Assembly (NCBI GenBank): GCA_963845565.1
Contig: CAWJSJ010000004.1
Coordinates: 1-64,000 of the forward strand
Reading direction: 5' to 3'
Length of the DNA: 64,000 nt
Source: an uncultured Methylomirabilota bacterium
GTDB taxonomy: Bacteria; Methylomirabilota; Methylomirabilia; Methylomirabilales; 2-02-FULL-66-22
Of this stretch, positions 22,041-32,344 are shown piece after piece; within the stretch, counting starts at the first letter, position 1, and each line of letters starts with the position of its first letter. The notes under the pieces were generated by a model, which ran no database searches, was not told where the DNA came from, and saw nothing but the letters and a program-made list of their open reading frames with translations. The position numbers were made by a program, and so were the translations under genes.

Positions 22041-23332
22041 TGACGAGTCTCGCCTTGGTCGGCGGGTTCGGGCTGTTCTTGCTGCTGGGCGTCCCGATTG
22101 CCTACGCGCTGGCTTTCGCGAGCCTCGGGGCGATCTGGTCGATAGGGAGCATCCCCCTCATGATCGTGCCCCAGCGACTGGCCGAGGGCATCAACAGTTT
22201 TCCGATCATGGCGGTGCCACTGTTCCTGCTCGCGGGGGCTCTCATGAACGCCGGCGGAGCGACCATGCGGCTCGTCACGCTGGCCATGCGGTTGGTCGGA
22301 CACATCAACGGGGGGCTCGGACACGTGGTGGTGGTCACGAACATGATCATGGCAGGCATGTCCGGGTCTGCAGTCGCGGATGCGGTGGGCACAGGATCCA
22401 TCCTCATCCCAGCGATGAAGAAGGAGGGGTACTCCTCGGAGTTTGCCGCCGGTCTGACGGCAGCCGCCTCGACGATCGGGCCCGTCATCCCCCCGAGCAT
22501 CCCGTTCGTCGTCTACGGGGTATTGGCCGAGGTAAACATCGGGGACTTGTTCATGGCGGGTTTCATCCCGGGCGTCCTGATGGGCATCGCGCTGATGATC
22601 TATGTCCGTATCAAGGCGCGAACGAGCAAGTATCCACGGCACGAGCGGGCCAGTCTCGGGCAGGTGATGCGAACGGCGGGTGAGGCAGCCCCTGCGCTCC
22701 TGCTGCCGCTCATCATCGTGGGTGGGATCGTCGGCGGGGTCTTTACCCCAACCGAGGCGGCAGGGGCCGCGGCGGTGTACGCACTCGTCCTCGGATTGTT
22801 CGTGTACCGGGAACTGAAGCTGCGACAACTTCCCGCCATCTTGTGGGAGGCGGCGCACAATGCGGGCGTCGTGCTCTTCATCCTGGCGTCCGCCGGCATC
22901 TTCTCGTGGCTCATGACGGTCACCCAGGTGGCGGAGGCAGCGCAGGCCCTCGTGATCTCCAGCACAAACCAGGCCTGGGTGGTCCTGGCGATCTTCAACG
23001 TGATCCTGCTGATCATGGGATGTGTCCTGGATACCTTCGCCATCATGACGATTGCTACGCCGATGATGCTGCCCATCATCCGGCATTTCGGGATCGACCC
23101 GGTGCATTTCGGCGTGGTGATGACGGTGAACTTGATGATCGGCGCCCTGACGCCGCCGTTCGGTATGTTGCTGTTTGTCATGGGGCCACTGGCGCAGATC
23201 TCGTTCGACCGCATTGTCAGGGCGGTTGTCCCCTTCATCATTCCGATCTTCATCGTCCTCGTGGCGATCACGTATGTGCCGAGTTTTACCCTGGTCTTGC
23301 CGCACCTGCTCAAAGGGATTTTCGGCGGGTAG
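22037..23332 (+). CDS. dctM: TRAP large permease DctM
   Basis: MSGSAVADA, VIPPSIP, FTPTEAA, DPVHFG, TPPFG. Confidence 0.93.
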   Translation: MMTSLALVGGFGLFLLLGVPIAYALAFASLGAIWSIGSIPLMIVPQRLAEGINSFPIMAVPLFLLAGALMNAGGATMRLVTLAMRLVGHINGGLGHVVVVTNMIMAGMSGSAVADAVGTGSILIPAMKKEGYSSEFAAGLTAAASTIGPVIPPSIPFVVYGVLAEVNIGDLFMAGFIPGVLMGIALMIYVRIKARTSKYPRHERASLGQVMRTAGEAAPALLLPLIIVGGIVGGVFTPTEAAGAAAVYALVLGLFVYRELKLRQLPAILWEAAHNAGVVLFILASAGIFSWLMTVTQVAEAAQALVISSTNQAWVVLAIFNVILLIMGCVLDTFAIMTIATPMMLPIIRHFGIDPVHFGVVMTVNLMIGALTPPFGMLLFVMGPLAQISFDRIVRAVVPFIIPIFIVLVAITYVPSFTLVLPHLLKGIFGG

Positions 23333-23396
23333 GCCCAGGACGGGGTGAGAAGAACCCACGAGTTGCGCAGATCGATACGCAGAGGAGGACGTGGCG

Positions 23397-24359
23397 ATGA
23401 CAGTCGAACGTATCCAGCCCAACCTCTACAGGATTCGGGTACCTTTCGACCGGACGGGAACCGTGTTCCTCTATCTGGTGACGGGCGACCGGATTGCCCT
23501 CATAGATACGGGGGCATTCGACTCGCCGGAAACTGTACTGGAACCCGCACTGGCGCAGATTCATCTCTCGCTGGCAAATGTGGACTGCATCCTGAACACC
23601 CATGCCCACCTGGATCACTCGGGCGGAAACATGGAAGTGAGGCGCCGATCCAAGGCGAAAATCCATGTGCACCAGTTGGACCTGCCGATGGCGGAATCAA
23701 ATGCAATCCAGGTAGAATTCCATGTTGGCCCACTACGAACACTGGAGTTTCCGCCGGAGGCAATCACGGCGCGGACCGAGCACGTCCTGAACAATGCGGG
23801 AGAGCCGGCGGGAGCCGATGTGTCGCTCTCCGACGGGGACACTGTTGACCTCGGGAAGGGGATTTGCCTGCGCGTTCTTCACTGCCCCGGACACACCCCG
23901 GGCCATGTGGTGTATCACTGGGAGTCGGAGGGGATTCTTTTCACGGCGGACTCTGTCCAGGGACAGGGCGCCCGCCCCGGAAGCTATCCCTACTATTTCG
24001 ATGCGCCGAGTTACCGACGCTCCTTGGCGAAGCTCAGCCAGTTGGATTTCCGGATGGTCTGTCTCGGACACGCGTTCCACGGCGGCACGCTGGTGAACTT
24101 ACCGATACGGCAGGGTGCAGACGCTCGGGCGTTCATGGAGGCGTCGATGCAGACGGCGGATACCATCCACCGCGCCGTTGTGAAGGTGATGAAAGGGCGC
24201 TCCGGGGCAACCAAGAGAGAAATCGCCCTGGCCGTGCTCGATGAGTTGATCTACGAAATCCCGCAATTGCGGCTGCGGCAGACCGGCTTTCCCCTGCTTG
24301 CCGGACCTACCTTGCTCGCCCATATTGAGGCGGTCATGTCCGGGACATATCCGATCTAG
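23397..24359 (+). CDS. MBL-fold metallo-hydrolase
   Basis: LIDTG, THAHLDHSGG, PGHTPGH, FTADS, LGH. Confidence 0.9.
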   Translation: MTVERIQPNLYRIRVPFDRTGTVFLYLVTGDRIALIDTGAFDSPETVLEPALAQIHLSLANVDCILNTHAHLDHSGGNMEVRRRSKAKIHVHQLDLPMAESNAIQVEFHVGPLRTLEFPPEAITARTEHVLNNAGEPAGADVSLSDGDTVDLGKGICLRVLHCPGHTPGHVVYHWESEGILFTADSVQGQGARPGSYPYYFDAPSYRRSLAKLSQLDFRMVCLGHAFHGGTLVNLPIRQGADARAFMEASMQTADTIHRAVVKVMKGRSGATKREIALAVLDELIYEIPQLRLRQTGFPLLAGPTLLAHIEAVMSGTYPI

Positions 24360-24534
24360 TCCGGGAAGGCAGTGCCTGGCTGCAGCATTCGTTACCTTTC
24401 CGAAAGGACGGTACCGTTTTGCGGTGTCGCCTACGTGAACTTCCCGTGAGAGGACGCGACGCCACGACGACTGTCAGCAGGCGCCGCGAGGCCTCATCCG
24501 GCGGCGGGGCGGCCACGGAGAACCCGGACCCCGT

Positions 24535-24771
24535 TTGCGGAGTGTGGTCCATATTCTTTCCTGGTCTGCACGGACCCCCAACGGTTCGCCCGTCGCCCTC
24601 GCGCTCATCCTTTCCAACCAGGCGACACGGTTCAGGTTGCTTGCGCGGACCAATGGTGATAACAGAGAGGGCGTGCGAGCGTCCGACCGCCGCCTGGAGG
24701 CGCAGCTCGTCAGCATCCGAGAGATCGAGCGGCTCACGGGCTTGGACCTCCTGCCGCGACGGGAGACGCTG
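24535..24771 (+). pseudogene. C-terminal remnant of DNA/RNA non-specific endonuclease-like gene
   Basis: VSIREIERLTGLDLLP resembles the NucA/EndoG family C-terminal motif. Confidence 0.4.
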
Positions 24772-25332
24772 ATGAGCACCCTCAAACGAAAGCCCCAGCG
24801 ACCGCAGCCGGTCCCCTGCCAGCCGCTCTCACGCGTGCGCTATGTTACCGGCCAGGTGTTGTCCGTCGACGATTTCATCGCGGAGCAGAACTATTTTCGT
24901 GAGAAGCTGCGCCGCCACAACAGGACCTTGCACCAACCGGGCATCGTGGACGGGCTGGAGGTCACTCTGGAATCGCCAGGGGTCCGGGTCGCACCGGGCC
25001 TCGCCCTCGATGCGGCAGGGAATGAGGTCTGCGTGCCCGTCGCGCAGGGTGCCTCGTTGCCCTCGATGGTGGGGGAGGTGTACGTCGTGCTGCGCTACAC
25101 GGAGATCGAGGTTCACCCCATCCCGGTGCTCGGGCCACCAGAGCAGGGAAACGCCGCCAGCGTGCCCTCGCGGAGTCAGGAGAGCTTCGAGATCGGGTTT
25201 GAGCGTCCCGGGGCGAACCCCACCCCCGCTTTGTCACAGGACGCCTCGCCCCCGATCCGCCTGGCGCGCCTTCGCCCGGTGAGAGGGCGGTGGCGGGTGG
25301 ACGCACGCTTCCGGAGACCCGAGGCGAAATAG
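24772..25332 (+). CDS. Hypothetical protein resembling the N-terminal domain of eCIS/phage tail-fibre-associated proteins
   Basis: RVRYVTGQVLSVDDFIAEQNYFREKLRRHNRTLHQPGIVDGLEV..VRVAPGLALDAAGNEV. Confidence 0.6.
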   Translation: MSTLKRKPQRPQPVPCQPLSRVRYVTGQVLSVDDFIAEQNYFREKLRRHNRTLHQPGIVDGLEVTLESPGVRVAPGLALDAAGNEVCVPVAQGASLPSMVGEVYVVLRYTEIEVHPIPVLGPPEQGNAASVPSRSQESFEIGFERPGANPTPALSQDASPPIRLARLRPVRGRWRVDARFRRPEAK

Positions 25333-25421
25333 CTGGCGATGGCGTCGGCATGGTGGCCGCGGAACTGACGCCCAGACGGCGACGGGCCGCCGCCGGGCAG
25401 GTGTCCGCCACGGAGGGAACG

Positions 25422-25670
25422 ATGCGCATCCTGACGCACGGGGTCGCGGCACTCCTGGCTTTCCTGATCGGGCTGGGGGGCGGGTACGTCCTCTGGGGGG
25501 TGCCCGGCGCCGCCGTGGGGCGGCAACTCCAGCAACAGCGGGCCGAGTACGAGTATCGTCTGGCCGAGCAAGCCCAACGGCTGAAGGCGGCGGAAGAGCG
25601 CGCGCGGCTGGAAACAGAGACACGCAAGGTGCTGGAGGAAGAGTTGCATCGACTGTTCCCGCGGAGCTAG
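25422..25670 (+). CDS. Small membrane-anchored coiled-coil protein
   Basis: RBS ggagg, N-terminal TM, E/R/Q-rich helix. Confidence 0.6.
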   Translation: MRILTHGVAALLAFLIGLGGGYVLWGVPGAAVGRQLQQQRAEYEYRLAEQAQRLKAAEERARLETETRKVLEEELHRLFPRS

Positions 25671-25798
25671 CCGGTGGGCGTCCCGCGGGGGTGCCCCTAC
25701 CGCGGAAGGGCACGCCACTGACCGGACGATCCCCCAGGTCCATGTCGGCGTGGCGGCGGTGGTGGCGACCATCCACCTCACGACGGGGGTGATGCGGT

Positions 25799-26104
25799 AT
25801 GGGCACTCGGCCGGACCCGCGACGTGTCGCGCGACTCACGATCCCGAAGCCTCTCCGCAACGGGGAGCTGGCGCATCACCGTGTCCACACCCTCGACCTC
25901 AGTCCGCTCGGCACCCGCATCGCCCATCAGGAGTTGCTGCACGACGGGGTGGTCTGCTACCTAGACCTCCCGCCTGCCCTCGGGGCGCTCCGGCTCACCG
26001 GGTGCGTCGCGTGGACCCGGCTCCAGGACACCGAGCGGACCCTGGAGGGCGACCGGCGGTCCCACTACGAGAGCGGGATCGAGTTAGTCTGCGAGCGACA
26101 ATGA
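25799..26104 (+). pseudogene. PilZ-like protein, apparently 3'-truncated
   Basis: RRVAR, LDLSPLGTRI, YLDLPP, VAW, ESGIE; paralog of 12785-13174 lacking the C-terminal helix. Confidence 0.6.
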
Positions 26105-27459
26105 ATATCTTGCTTGCCAATCCCAAGTGCGTGAACGTCCTTGAGTCGTTCGGCGTGGTCTTTCCTCCCCTCGGCCTTCTATATGTCGCGGCAGCAGCTG
26201 AAAAGGCGGGCTATACGGTCGGAGTGGAAGACTTCTTTGTCTCGCGCAATACGCCGTCCCGCTTTAACTTCCGTGACTACGATGTCGTTGGCATAACGTC
26301 AGATACGAGACGGTTCCCGGGGGCCCTGGAGATTGCAAAGAGAGCTAAGCAGCAGGGGTGCACGGTCGTGATGGGCGGGCCGCACCCGGCATTTGTAGAT
26401 GACGATGTCTTGATGGACGGTTATGCGGATTTCGTTGTCAAGGGGGAAGGGGAGCTTACGTTCCCAAACCTTCTCGATACCTTCAGGGGCGGTAATGACC
26501 TGTGCCATGTGAAGGGGATCAGTTATCTGGTTCATGGGAAGGTCATGAGGACAGCACCGCGGGAGCTTGTTGAAGATCTCGACAGCCTGCCGTTTCCGGC
26601 ACGTCACCTTGTCGATATTGACGCGTACAAAAGACTCGGAATGAAGTACGGGGGCAAGCGGTCGGTCGCTTCCCTGTCCACGAGCAGGGGATGCCCCAAT
26701 GCCTGCGATTTCTGCGTCACTCCTCAGATGTACGGGAGACGCTGGAGGGCCAGAACGCCCGCGTCCGTTGTCTCGGAAATTGAGCACGTATACCATGACT
26801 ATGGATACAGGGCCTTCGCGTTCTGCGACGACAATTTCACTGCGTCCCCGAAACGGGTACGAGAGATCTGTCGGCTCATCATCGAAAAGCAGCTCGATAT
26901 CTGGTGGTGGTCGCTGTCGACGACGAGTACGCTGTTGAGCAATGAAGACATGGTCAGTCTCATGGCAAAGGCCGGCGCCAGGACCGTCTACATCGGCGTC
27001 GAGAGCCCTGATCCTGACGCCCTCAAAGAGTTCAATAAAAACACGGAGGCTGACGCCTCGTCCAAGGCCGTGGCCCTGCTCAAGAGACACAATCTTGAAG
27101 TGTTTGCGAGCTATATACTGGGCGGAATCAATGACAATACCGGGGCAATCCTGAGAACGATAAGATTTGCCCGTTCCCTTGATACATCAGTTGCGCAGTT
27201 CACCATTCTGACACCGTATCCGGGAACCGCGCTGTTTGATAAGCTCAAGAATCGGCTGCGCCATAAGAAATGGCGCCTATATGACGGCACACATCTCGTC
27301 TTCAAGCATGCGCATGTCCCGTTTGTCCCGATGGAACTGCTGCTGATCTGGGCATATGTAAGCTATTACGCGCGTGGGTGGAGGGCCCTAAAGGGATTTT
27401 TGAAGGCGTTTGTCAGAAACGCACTGCTATTGAAGCTGTTCGGTGGCAAGGCGCATTGA
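26101..27459 (+). CDS. Cobalamin-binding radical SAM protein
   Basis: PPLGLLYVAA, GGPHP, GEGE, TSRGCPNACDFC, DDNFT, GVES, TPYPGT. Confidence 0.92.
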   Translation: MNILLANPKCVNVLESFGVVFPPLGLLYVAAAAEKAGYTVGVEDFFVSRNTPSRFNFRDYDVVGITSDTRRFPGALEIAKRAKQQGCTVVMGGPHPAFVDDDVLMDGYADFVVKGEGELTFPNLLDTFRGGNDLCHVKGISYLVHGKVMRTAPRELVEDLDSLPFPARHLVDIDAYKRLGMKYGGKRSVASLSTSRGCPNACDFCVTPQMYGRRWRARTPASVVSEIEHVYHDYGYRAFAFCDDNFTASPKRVREICRLIIEKQLDIWWWSLSTTSTLLSNEDMVSLMAKAGARTVYIGVESPDPDALKEFNKNTEADASSKAVALLKRHNLEVFASYILGGINDNTGAILRTIRFARSLDTSVAQFTILTPYPGTALFDKLKNRLRHKKWRLYDGTHLVFKHAHVPFVPMELLLIWAYVSYYARGWRALKGFLKAFVRNALLLKLFGGKAH

Positions 27460-27649
27460 CATCAGCGTCTGCTCGAGCACGTGGCTGCGCTTCCCAAAGA
27501 CCAACAGGTCGACGCGCTGAGGATGGTGGCTCACGGGATGCTCCTGGAGCATCTTCGTCTGGCTAACTGGAGCAGCCTAGTGGGAGCCTGTTGATTGGCC
27601 AGGTGGCGGCGTCCGGTGCATAGGGGACATGACTCCAGAGGCTCCTCTG

Positions 27650-27830
27650 GCCTGGTAATGTATGGATGGGAGTCAGCGTCAAGACGCCAACCTACCTGAC
27701 CCGCCTCGATCATCTGCGCCGCGTCCCCGCCCACGTCCCGTTTCTCTGCTTCGAGCCGCTCCTGGTCGGGTTTGGGATGATCGACCTTGCGGGGATCGAT
27801 TGGGTGAACGTGGGAGGCGTCCAGCGAATC
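27650..27830 (+). pseudogene. DUF5131 (phage Gp37/Gp68-like) fragment
   Basis: VWMGVSV..RLDHLRRVPAHVPFLCFEPLL...GIDWVNVGG. Confidence 0.65.
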
Positions 27831-28056
27831 CAAGAAAGTATCACCCATGCCGAACACGCGCTGGCGCTTATTTCCCAATTCCATGATGATTGCCATGCGC
27901 TGCGGCGTAGCGACGGACACCTCAGCACGAGGCTGACCGGCAGGTATCATGTTCTTCCGGTGCGGTTCTGTAATTGCGGACTGGACGGCGTCGGCAACCA
28001 CTCAGCCGTCCGGGCGTTCCCCATTACAGCGACGGCCGTCCCTGTACGAATCCCGC

Positions 28057-29589
28057 CTACAGACGCCGACGCCAGATGCCGGGCCGCCGGTTGGCGCTTG
28101 CCCTTTTGCGCCGCCAGACAACCCGGCCAACCAGGGGAACCCCGAAGGCAATGGACACCAGCGGCACTCCCAGGCCCACCGCCGGGGACCACAGGACAAG
28201 GGCCGCCCATCCGATGAGTGGGGTCAGCGCCACGCGTGCGATGGCGCGGAGAGCTTCCGAGTTGGCAATGAGCTTCGCCAGCGGGGGGCTCAGTGTATAG
28301 TACAGCGCGACAAAAGCGCGCCCAGCGACGTTGGGGAGAAGGTAATAATCCCGAAACTCCCGGAGAAGCTGGACCTGAGGGACCAGAGGCGAGCCGAAGG
28401 CCGCCGTGGCGACAAAACAATCACCACCTCCGCCACCTCCGCTCGACCTCCGCCACCTCCGCCGGTGGGGGCTACGTTAAGGAGAACGGAGACAGTGTTG
28501 GCGTCACGATTCACGACGACGAGGTCCGGCCTCCCGTCCCCATTGAGGTCGGCGACGGCGACGGCGACGGGGGCGAGGCCGGTCGGGAAGTCGGTCGACG
28601 CCCCGAAGTTGCCGGTCCCCGTTCCGAGGAGAACGGAGACAGTGTTGGCGTCACGATTCACGACGACGAGGTCCGGCCTCCCGTCCCCATTGAGGTCGGC
28701 GACGGCGACGGCGACGGGGGCGAGGCCGGTCGGGAAGTCGGTCGACGCCCCGAAGTTGCCGGTCCCCGTTCGAGGAGAACGGAGACAGTGTTGGCGTCAC
28801 GATTCACGACGACGAGGTCCGGCCTCCCGTCCCCATTGAGGTCGGCGACGGCGACGGCGACGGGACTGAACCCGGTCGGGAAGTCGGTCGACGCCCCGAA
28901 GTTGCCGGTCCCCGTTCCGAGGAGAACGGAGACAGTGTTGGCCGCGCTGTTGGCCACGACGAGATCTGGGTGTCCGTCCCCATTGAGGTCGGCGACGGCG
29001 ACGGCGACGGGACTGAACCCGGTCGGGAAGTCGGTCGACGCCCCGAAGTTGCCGGTCCCCGTTCCGAGGAGAACGGAGACAGTGTTGGCGTCACGATTCA
29101 CGACGACGAGGTCCGGCCTCCGTCCCCATTGAGGTCGGCGACGGCGACGGCGACGGGACTGAACCCGGTCGGGAAGTCGGTCGACGCCCCGAAGTTGCCG
29201 GTCCCCGTTCCGAGGAGAACGGAGACAGTGTTGGCGTCACGATTCACGACGACGAGGTCCGGCCTCCCGTCCCCATTGAGGTCGGCGACGGCGACGGCGA
29301 CGGGACTGAACCCGGTCGAGAAGTCGGTCGACGCCCCGAAGTTGCCGGTCCCCGTTCCGAGGAGAACGGAGACAGTGTTGGCGTCACGATTCACGACGAC
29401 GAGGTCCGGCCTCCCGTCCCCATTGAGGTCGGCGACGGCGACGGCGACGGGGGCGAGGCCGGTCGGGAAGTTAAAGGCTGGCGCGAACGATACCTGCGCC
29501 TGAGATGGCTGCCCAAATCCCAGCAGGAGCACCAGGGCTAGCGACCCCACGAGAACTGCTTGCTGAATCCGCTTCCACTTTGGATTCAT
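28057..29589 (-). CDS. Secreted FG-GAP/VCBS repeat protein with C-terminal CFI-box-CTERM domain (frameshifts near 29120, 28770, 28440)
   Basis: Signal peptide; 7 x [28 protein letters not shown]; Gly linker; [36 protein letters not shown] and basic tail. Confidence 0.85.
28485..29470. repeat. Seven near-identical 147-bp coding tandem repeats
   Basis: gagacagtgttggc recurs at about 28490, 28637, 28783, 28930, 29077, 29223, 29370. Confidence 0.9.
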
Positions 29590-30351
29590 CACAGTACTCC
29601 TTGTCAGAGCAGCCAACCGATGTTACCTCAAACGACACAGGCAAGGCAGACTGGATGCAATAAGGCGAGAACAAGAAGAAGGAGGGCGCGAGAGCGCTCA
29701 GCGGGCCAGATCCGACGTGGACCGGAGAGGACTCAGGGGCCGACTCCCGCCTCCGTGAGTGGATACGTAATGGGCAGGCGTCTCTGTAGGGCGTGAAATG
29801 ACGGGAAGACACTCTATCAAAGAACACCTCACGGCCTTGTAGAGAGTCCAAAAGAAGGGGAAGGAAGCGCGTCGCAATGAACACGGCCGAAAGACTCCTC
29901 GAGGCCCCCGGCTGACCTGTAGTAAAATCGCTCCGTTAATGCTAACAGGTCCTCCCGGAAACCAATCCGAAGCCTGCTCGCCCCCCATCCTGTCGAAATC
30001 TATCGCGCAGCACACCGGGATGTCAATCATAACGGTGTCCCGGGTCGTGCGGGTCCTATCGGAAGGCGCTGGTGACGTAGAGCCGGACGGACTCTTTGGG
30101 TCGGTGTTTTGCACAATTATGGTGCCGGGGGGATTCTTCTCACAGATATGATCTCTGGGAGTCCCTAGGACGTCTCTAGCCAGCGCTTCGAGTCGAAGGG
30201 CTGGTGGCCGCGTGAATGTCGGTGCCGAGGGAGCGGACCGTCAATTGAGCAAGTTTCGTATCCAGGATCAATGTGGCTTAGGCGCGGCCCGAAACTCCGC
30301 GATGTGTGGCACTGCGCCGAACGCGAGGTCCCCAACCACCGCGTTGGACTC

Positions 30352-31230
30352 TCAGCGGAACCGGTAGGTCTTGGTGACCCGGGTCCCGCCGCGCTCCAGC
30401 TCGACCTGCACCGTGGCGAGGGCCGGGGTGCGGCGCACCTGCTGGTAGATCTGGAAGAGGCTGGGAAAGCCGTCCACGGGCACCCCGTTGACGCTGAGGA
30501 TGGTGTCCCCCGGTTCGATCCCGGCGCGCGCGGCCAGCTTGGGCGCCCACACGGTGAAGCCCTGCCGGCCCAGCACCCCATCGCTGGCCGCCGAGGTGAT
30601 CCGGTACTGCACCCCGGCGGTGGTGGACACCATGGGCACGACCCCCGGGGCCAGCTCGGCCAGGACCCGCCCCGCGTGCTCCAGCACGGCCTGGACCTCC
30701 GCGGCGCGGACGTCGTAGCGGTCGGGACCGGCTTCCCGGACCTGCACCTGACTGAGGAACGTTACATCGAGCGTGGGCCGCCCCGGGGGCCCGAGGCCGG
30801 CCCCCGGCCCGTCCGTCCCCGCGGCAGGGACCCCGGCGGCCGGGCCGGTGGGGAGGGCCACCTCCACCTCCACGAGGGCCTGCGCGCCGTCGAGGGCCAC
30901 GAGCACCGGGTCCCAGTGGACGAGGCGCTCCACGCGCCGGTACCGGTAGTGCACGGCGTCGAGAAGCACGGTCCCGGCAAAGGTCCGCCCCGGGACGCCG
31001 GGCAGCGGATCCCCGGGCGCAGAACCTGCGGGCGACCCCGAGGCGCCCGCCCGGACCAGGAGGTGGCTGGGCTCAACCCGCACCACCGTCAGCGCCCGCC
31101 CCGGCTCGTGGGGGTGGACGATCACGTCCCCGCCGCCGTACAGCGCCCGGACCGGGCCGGGGTGCTGCAGGACGATCGCGTGGCGCGCGGGGGTGGGGAA
31201 CCGGACCTCGGCACTGCCACCGTCGCGGCT
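30352..31230 (-). CDS. GspC-like protein with C-terminal PDZ domain (5' end degraded or frameshifted)
   Basis: AGIEPGDTILSVNGVPV...VQVELERGGTRVTKTYRFR. Confidence 0.6.
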   Translation of the reverse strand, partial: SRDGGSAEVRFPTPARHAIVLQHPGPVRALYGGGDVIVHPHEPGRALTVVRVEPSHLLVRAGASGSPAGSAPGDPLPGVPGRTFAGTVLLDAVHYRYRRVERLVHWDPVLVALDGAQALVEVEVALPTGPAAGVPAAGTDGPGAGLGPPGRPTLDVTFLSQVQVREAGPDRYDVRAAEVQAVLEHAGRVLAELAPGVVPMVSTTAGVQYRITSAASDGVLGRQGFTVWAPKLAARAGIEPGDTILSVNGVPVDGFPSLFQIYQQVRRTPALATVQVELERGGTRVTKTYRFR

Positions 31231-31299
31231 GGGATCGTCCGCCGGCCGGGGCGCGGTGGCTCCAGCGGCGGGCGCGGCCGTGAGCGTGCTCGACGAGCA

Positions 31300-31690
31300 G
31301 CAGCACCGGGAGCAGGCCCGCGTCCCAGGTGCGGCGGTCGCGAGCGCGCGATCGCAGTCGCGTGGCTCATGACTCCGTCCTCCGGCCGCTACGCCAGGCG
31401 TACGCCGTCATGAGGAGTCGTCCGGGCCCGTGGGTCACCAGGTAGCGGTCCCTGGACGCCTGGAGGGCCCGCACGTCTGGCGCCAGCGGCGAGCCGTACG
31501 CGGCCGTGGCGATGAAGCAGCCCCCGCCGCCTGTGGCGAGGGGAGGGGCGAAGATCGCGCTCACGTTCCGGTCCTGATCCGTGCTGACCACACAGACGCC
31601 TGTCCCCGTGCACGCCTCGCTCCAGCCGGTGAAGCTCGACTCGCGCTCGGCGTCGCGGTGAGGGCGACCGCGGTGCCAGCGGTATAGTCC
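31300..31690 (-). pseudogene. Remnant InlB-B repeat + CFI-box domain
   Basis: [22 protein letters not shown], then [31 protein letters not shown]. Confidence 0.7.
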
Positions 31691-32163
31691 GCCCCGCGCC
31701 CGGGCCCCTGAGCCGCTGCGCGCCTTCTCCGCCTCACAGTCCTGCCGCACGCTTGGCGCGCCGTTTCGGCGCCGCCGGATGATTGCTGGTCGGGGGCCAG
31801 GATCCCCTGAGGGCCGGACGGCAAACGACCCCCAGTGCGCCCCGGCGCTCGCGAGCGGCTCCAGCACGGAGAGGAGCCTGCGCCGGGTTAGCACAACGCC
31901 CACGCCGCGGGGGACCCGATTCCCGGTATAACTACGGATATTTGTTTCCGCGTACGGGAGTTTATCTCTCGCGTCCGGTCCAGGTAAACCCCAAACCAAA
32001 GCGGCCAGCATGACCGCAGTTTATGCGGGAGAGGTGATCTCGATCCTGCGTGCGTTCTGGGTGAGGCAATGAAGCACAGGCCCGAGGGCCTGGGATGTAC
32101 GGAGGGAACCAGCGGAGTCACACTCCCGGCGATGGGGAATACGAGCCGGGAGGCTCGGATGTG

Positions 32164-32192
32164 AGCCTATCCCTCGCGGCCAGATGTGTCAA
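32164..32192 (-). promoter_or_regulatory. Putative sigma70 promoter
   Basis: TTGACA-N17-TAGGCT on the minus strand. Confidence 0.4.
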
Positions 32193-32344
32193 GCTCCCGG
32201 GCCGCGTTACCCGGAAGCGCAACATGACGCACGCAGGGGACGTCGCGCAGATCTGTTGTAATCAGAATAGGCTACGGCTCTCGTTCGGGGAGCTGATGGA
32301 GCGTAGGATATGGCTCGCTCGGAGCGGAAGCCAACCTGAGTCCC

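Noticed and set aside
28485..29470. Regular repeat array as a possible CRISPR
   Set aside because: Units are 147 bp, contiguous, without unique spacers, and encode FG-GAP repeats; no cas genes
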